A stretch of DNA of 64,000 nucleotides from a virus: the IMG/VR virus record IMGVR_UViG_3300037483_000793, positions 64,001 to 128,000 of that record; one strand, written 5' to 3'. Below are positions 60,189-64,000 of this stretch, piece after piece; within the stretch, counting starts at the first letter, position 1; the number at the start of each line of letters is the position of its first letter. Position numbers and translations under genes: made by a program. The notes beneath the pieces are model-generated. The model was not told the origin of the DNA and ran no database searches. It was given only the letters and a program-made list of their open reading frames with translations.

Positions 60189-61102
60189 GCAACACGCCGA
60201 CGCTTCGGCGGTCTGCGCGACTTGGTCTTTTTCGTTTGTACCTTCGCACGCGCTTTCGCTGCTGCCTCGACAAGACTCGGCGGGTTCTCAGGCAACGGTT
60301 CCGGTGGCGGCGCTGGGGGTGCCGTGTTGAACTTCGCGAGCGCGATGATCTGTTGCACCATGACGATCAGTGGCTTGGGTGGATTTTCGGCGTCAAACCA
60401 GCCGACGCTTTCCCACATCGCGTCGATCGGTTGTGGTTCGCCGCCGACGTACTCGCAGGACATCACCAGCGTCAGGAAGTGCTGACCCGCTTTCTCGACA
60501 AACGTCGAGACGTATGGCGCGAACTTCGAGACCGCTATCCGACCGACGTCGAGACCGGTTGTGACCTTCACGGCACGCTGTACCGCGCTCTCGACGGACT
60601 CGCCGACTTCGAGTGCACCTTCGGGCAGCACATAGACGCCGCTCTTCTTGAGCTTGCCCATGAGGACGTTGCCCTCGTGGATCATGAGCGCTGTGACAGC
60701 GACGCGAACGACGGGCCTGTCGGTGGCGTCGATCTCGCCGATTTTGAAATCGGTCGATACCGGACACGCAGGATCGACTGGCCAGCGCCCCAATGCCCAC
60801 TTCTTGGCGTCGTTGCGATCGAAGAACGTCGCTAGCGGTTCCTGTGAATCGGGCGGCGCGAAGACCGCGGACACACGGCGACCGCCGATTGCCAGCTCGG
60901 GCGGTTTCGAGCCGATTGTCAAGTAGACTGGCTTGCCGTCTTTGCCCTGGTCAAGTACGAGCAGTGCCTCGTCACCCAGCTCGGCGCGCCGCGTCGAATA
61001 CGCCTCGGCCAACATCCGAACTGCCAGTGGCGGCAGCTTTTCAGCAGCGATTCGTTCAGGTGAATCGGCAGCGTGCGGACTGATGCGGATGATCGTCTTC
61101 AC
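60185..61102 (-). CDS. Protein with C-terminal degenerate Nudix domain
   Basis: VAVTALMIHEGNVLM...LPEGALEVGESVESAVQRAVKVTTGL. Confidence 0.7.
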   Translation of the reverse strand: MKTIIRISPHAADSPERIAAEKLPPLAVRMLAEAYSTRRAELGDEALLVLDQGKDGKPVYLTIGSKPPELAIGGRRVSAVFAPPDSQEPLATFFDRNDAKKWALGRWPVDPACPVSTDFKIGEIDATDRPVVRVAVTALMIHEGNVLMGKLKKSGVYVLPEGALEVGESVESAVQRAVKVTTGLDVGRIAVSKFAPYVSTFVEKAGQHFLTLVMSCEYVGGEPQPIDAMWESVGWFDAENPPKPLIVMVQQIIALAKFNTAPPAPPPEPLPENPPSLVEAAAKARAKVQTKKTKSRRPPKRRRVA

Positions 61103-61185
61103 GGACGGACCGTAACACGACACGAAGATGGCCCTGATCGGGTAGACTAGAGGTCGATCGCTGCTGCGATCGAGGAGCACCCAGG

Positions 61186-61743
61186 ATGTCGTTAACCAAC
61201 GCCTACACCGTTCTCTACGATTCAGCTGACGTCGAGACCGGTACAGCCACGAACCCGCTGCGTATCGACCCGACCGGTACGACAACGCAGCCTGTCAGCG
61301 GCACGGTAACGGCCAATCAGGGTACACCTGCAATCGTCGCGAACGCGTGGCCGATCCTGGTCACCGACGGCGTTGACACAGCCGAAGTCGTGAACGCCGC
61401 ACCGGGTGCAGGTGCGTTCGGTCTCGTGGTTCGCATTGCCGGTACGATTACGACGTCGATCGCGCAGCCCGCGACGTCGACGGTCACAAGTGTGGCCGTC
61501 GACGACACCGTTGATACGATTCTCGCTTCAAACGCGAACCGTCTCGGGGCGATTCTGTGGAACGATGGCCCCAACAACGCGTTCGCCAAGCTCGGTGCAG
61601 CCGCGACCACGGCGAGCTTCACGGTTCGTCTGGCGAACAAGAGTGAGTGGGAAATCCCGTTCCCTGTCTACACAGGAATCATCACGGGCATCTGCGCGGC
61701 GACGCAGACCGCGACCGTGCTCGCAACCGAGCTGACGCCGTAG
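61186..61743 (+). CDS. Virion protein: LRIDPTGTTTQPVS stalk plus small jelly-roll
   Basis: C-terminal NANRLGAILWND...YTG...TELT. Confidence 0.65.
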   Translation: MSLTNAYTVLYDSADVETGTATNPLRIDPTGTTTQPVSGTVTANQGTPAIVANAWPILVTDGVDTAEVVNAAPGAGAFGLVVRIAGTITTSIAQPATSTVTSVAVDDTVDTILASNANRLGAILWNDGPNNAFAKLGAAATTASFTVRLANKSEWEIPFPVYTGIITGICAATQTATVLATELTP

Positions 61744-61763
61744 TGGTAACGTCGGGCTGAACG

Positions 61764-62138
61764 ATGCCCGTTAACGACCAGACCCCCGACGTAACGCTGG
61801 TTGACCCCAACGGGGGCGAGGTTGGCACCCTCGCCAGCCCGCTGTTCACCCAAGAGGCGACGGTCGGTACGCTTAACGCGGGCGCACAGGTCGCCTTCGG
61901 CGCGGCACAGGGCTCTATCCTCGCCGCGAACGCCAACCGCAAAGCCGTCATCGTTCAGAACATCAGCGCCACTGCGGCGTGTCGCGTCGGCGTGACCGGC
62001 GTGACCAATGCGACTGGCATCCAGGTCGTGGCCGGTGCAACCCTGATCCTTGAGATGCCGTATTGTCCGACCGCGGAGCTGTTCGCGATCCGCGAGGCCG
62101 CGGTCAGCGGCACCGTTCTGGTCACGGAGATCACATGA
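61764..62138 (+). CDS. Small jelly-roll-type virion protein
   Basis: NANRKAVIVQN...VLVTEIT. Confidence 0.6.
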   Translation: MPVNDQTPDVTLVDPNGGEVGTLASPLFTQEATVGTLNAGAQVAFGAAQGSILAANANRKAVIVQNISATAACRVGVTGVTNATGIQVVAGATLILEMPYCPTAELFAIREAAVSGTVLVTEIT

Positions 62139-62326
62139 GCGTACGCATCATCCTTCCGTCTTCGGGCAGCAGCCCCCCATCGGGCCCGCCTTTCCTCAAC
62201 GACCACGTGCTCACGGCAGACACGACCATCACCGCGGGCACCGCCCTCACGGTCAATCGCTACGTTGAAATCGCGGCGGGCGTGACGCTGCGTATCGAAG
62301 CAGATGCCGATCTGGAGATTTCATGA
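62135..62326 (+). CDS. Small beta-rich virion protein
   Basis: ATGA overlaps at both ends. Confidence 0.55.
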   Translation: MSVRIILPSSGSSPPSGPPFLNDHVLTADTTITAGTALTVNRYVEIAAGVTLRIEADADLEIS

Positions 62327-63522
62327 GCTACGTGACGCAGATGGAGGGTGCTGCACCTGCAACACCCGCTGCTGGCGAAGGCACCTGGTACATCGACACC
62401 AACGGAGAGCCCAAGTTCATCGACGACAACGGCGTCAATGTTTTCCTCGCGCCCAAGTGGAAGTACAACTGGGTGCGCAACGGCGGGATGTGGTTCGCGC
62501 AGCGGCAAGCGCCCGGCACGCTGACCACGTACAGCAACACGACTGGTCGGTCATGCGGAGCGGATGGGTGGTGCATCACCAACGAGAACGCGAGCGTTCA
62601 ATACCAACGCACTGACACGATCACGGCGCCCGAGACCGGGTTGGTCGCGCGCTATTACGGCAAGTTCACCAAGATCACGTCGGCGGGCAAGCTAGTCGTC
62701 TCGCAAGTTATCGAGGGCCTCGACACCGCGAACCTGCGCGGCAGCACGGTGCGCGTTCAGGTGAAGATGAAGAGCATCGTCAATGACCTGACGGTGCGTC
62801 TGGGGCTCGCGTATCTGACCACCGGCACGCCAGACACCGGCATGCCAGCGGTGTTCGTCACTGCGTTTGGTGCCAACACCGTCGATCCGACACTGGGCAC
62901 AAACCTTTCGTACATCGCGCCCAAGGCCGGTGTGAATGCCGATGGCGGAACCGTCGATGGCAACTGCGTCGACTGCGCACTCACCACAACGACATGGACT
63001 CGCTACGGTGCGGTGTTCGATGTGCCGTCGGGCGCGCGCAACCTCGTGCTCTTGATTTTCTCCGACAGCCAGCTCGCTACCACCAACGGCATCGCGATGT
63101 CCGAGGCCACCTTGACCGATGGCCAAGCGATCCAAGACTGGGCGCCGCAGGCGTATCAACAAGAGCTGGCCCGTGTGCAGCGCTTCTACGCCAAGAGCTT
63201 CGACATCGACACGCTGCCCGCACAGAACGTCGGCATCGCCGGATCGGTTCGTGGACACGTGAACGTCGCGGGTGCGACCGCGGGTCAGGTCATGGGCGCT
63301 CGGTTTCCAGTTGCGATGCGCATCGCACCGACAACAGTTACGTTCTTCAACCCGAGCGCGGCCAACGCCTTTGTTCGCAATACGACAGCGGGAACCGACG
63401 CCACCGCAACCAGCTTCGCAAATGCTGCGGAGCAAGCGATGGACATCACGTTCACCGGCATCGCAGCGTGGGCAGTCGGCGCCGCAACCGCCGTTCATTA
63501 CACGGCCGACGCCGAGATCTAA
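62323..63522 (+). CDS. Fibre/receptor-binding protein with carbohydrate-binding-like beta domain
   Basis: NWVRNGGMWFAQR...DGW...TTTWTRY...QQELARVQRFY pattern of phage fibre proteins. Confidence 0.7.
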   Translation: MSYVTQMEGAAPATPAAGEGTWYIDTNGEPKFIDDNGVNVFLAPKWKYNWVRNGGMWFAQRQAPGTLTTYSNTTGRSCGADGWCITNENASVQYQRTDTITAPETGLVARYYGKFTKITSAGKLVVSQVIEGLDTANLRGSTVRVQVKMKSIVNDLTVRLGLAYLTTGTPDTGMPAVFVTAFGANTVDPTLGTNLSYIAPKAGVNADGGTVDGNCVDCALTTTTWTRYGAVFDVPSGARNLVLLIFSDSQLATTNGIAMSEATLTDGQAIQDWAPQAYQQELARVQRFYAKSFDIDTLPAQNVGIAGSVRGHVNVAGATAGQVMGARFPVAMRIAPTTVTFFNPSAANAFVRNTTAGTDATATSFANAAEQAMDITFTGIAAWAVGAATAVHYTADAEI

Positions 63523-63524
63523 AG

Positions 63525-64000
63525 ATGCAGTCGTTCAGGTTCAGGCAGCCGCCCGGAGCGAAGCCTGGGGCGACGCATCGCTACGTCGAGCGTAACCGCG
63601 GGGTGAGTGACCTCGCGACGCTGTCTCAACCGCCAACGCTCTTGCCGTTCGCGCAGGAAGACAGCGGCGCGCGCTACGCGCTGTCACGTGGCAGCTACTA
63701 CAACTACCTCCGCAACTCGGGGTTCTGGTCCACGCAAGTGCGGTCACTCAACAGCACCGCCGGTCTCGGCTTTACGATCCCAGTCAACGAACGCGTGTTG
63801 ACCTACGACGGCTGGTCCATGTGCTCGTCAGATAACGGAGTGAACCAAACCTTCCTCGAAGGGTTAGTGTCACGACAGCCGCTGTACCGATCGCCGTATT
63901 ACTGGGGCGCGTTCGGTATCGACGGCGGTGGTCGCGCGATGGTCTCTCAGGTCATCGAGGCGCAAGACGTGTTCGCATTGCGCGGCAGGATCGTCCGCGC
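63525..64000 (+). CDS. Paralog of the 62323 fibre protein (runs off window end)
   Basis: YNYLRNSGFWSTQ, DGWSM, VSQVIEAQDVFALRG match the upstream gene; open to the window end. Confidence 0.7.
   Translation, partial: MQSFRFRQPPGAKPGATHRYVERNRGVSDLATLSQPPTLLPFAQEDSGARYALSRGSYYNYLRNSGFWSTQVRSLNSTAGLGFTIPVNERVLTYDGWSMCSSDNGVNQTFLEGLVSRQPLYRSPYYWGAFGIDGGGRAMVSQVIEAQDVFALRGRIVR

Larger units (their letters stand above)
3623..61171. promoter_or_regulatory. Dispersed palindromic operator GATCGC-N4-GCGATC
   Basis: Perfect intergenic copies at 4758, 36700, 44638, 49878, 53131, 53183, 55156, 61156; near-perfect at 5062, 11757, 51778, 58014. Confidence 0.75.

Noticed and set aside
1-64000. Alternative genetic code, tRNA/rRNA genes, CRISPR arrays, HK97 capsid, terminase, portal or tail genes
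   Set aside because: Genes tile cleanly under code 11 with TGA/TAG/TAA overlaps; none of these features was recognisable by eye (tRNAscan and HMM searches not run)

Overview
The whole 64 kb reads as a fragment of a large GC-rich dsDNA virus or provirus of bacteria. No host housekeeping genes, rRNA, tRNA or CRISPR arrays were seen. A Cys-rich lipoprotein and a small SSDxAFHCLTI-motif protein hint at a myxobacterial host (inference from recalled family resemblance). About 0.2-42 kb and 44.7-49.2 kb are dense, translationally coupled (GTGA/ATGA/TGATG overlaps) plus-strand runs of small accessory genes. Recognisable ones: two tyrosine recombinases, DUF2786, SprT-like HExxH proteins, a GHKL ATPase, a CoaB-like/class II aldolase fusion, an M23 peptidase, a LuxR HTH protein, a GT-A glycosyltransferase and DUF6011. 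About 42.3-44.6 kb and 49.1-64 kb look like a virion module, but no terminase, portal, HK97 capsid or tail genes are recognisable. It holds a putative single-jelly-roll capsid-like protein, small beta-sandwich and fibre proteins, very basic core-like proteins, a cytoplasmic thioredoxin, and many C-terminally membrane-anchored proteins (SGNH esterase, SleB-like wall hydrolase, three peptidoglycan-binding paralogs). This suggests an internal-membrane, tailless virus (inference). Best candidates for a novel system: (1) a palindromic GATCGC-N4-GCGATC element in most virion-module intergenic gaps, tied to extended -10, apparently leaderless promoters, which also marks a distant cluster of basic proteins at 3.4-5.6 kb; (2) shared [G/A]-F-G leaders and L-G plus Arg-rich tails suggesting a maturation-protease or targeting code; (3) paired cysteines in putative virion proteins next to a viral thioredoxin; (4) a 7-member AIQxAW-RYG-CLRC paralog family; (5) a conserved ~27-bp early promoter cassette. 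All family assignments come from motif recognition, not database searches.
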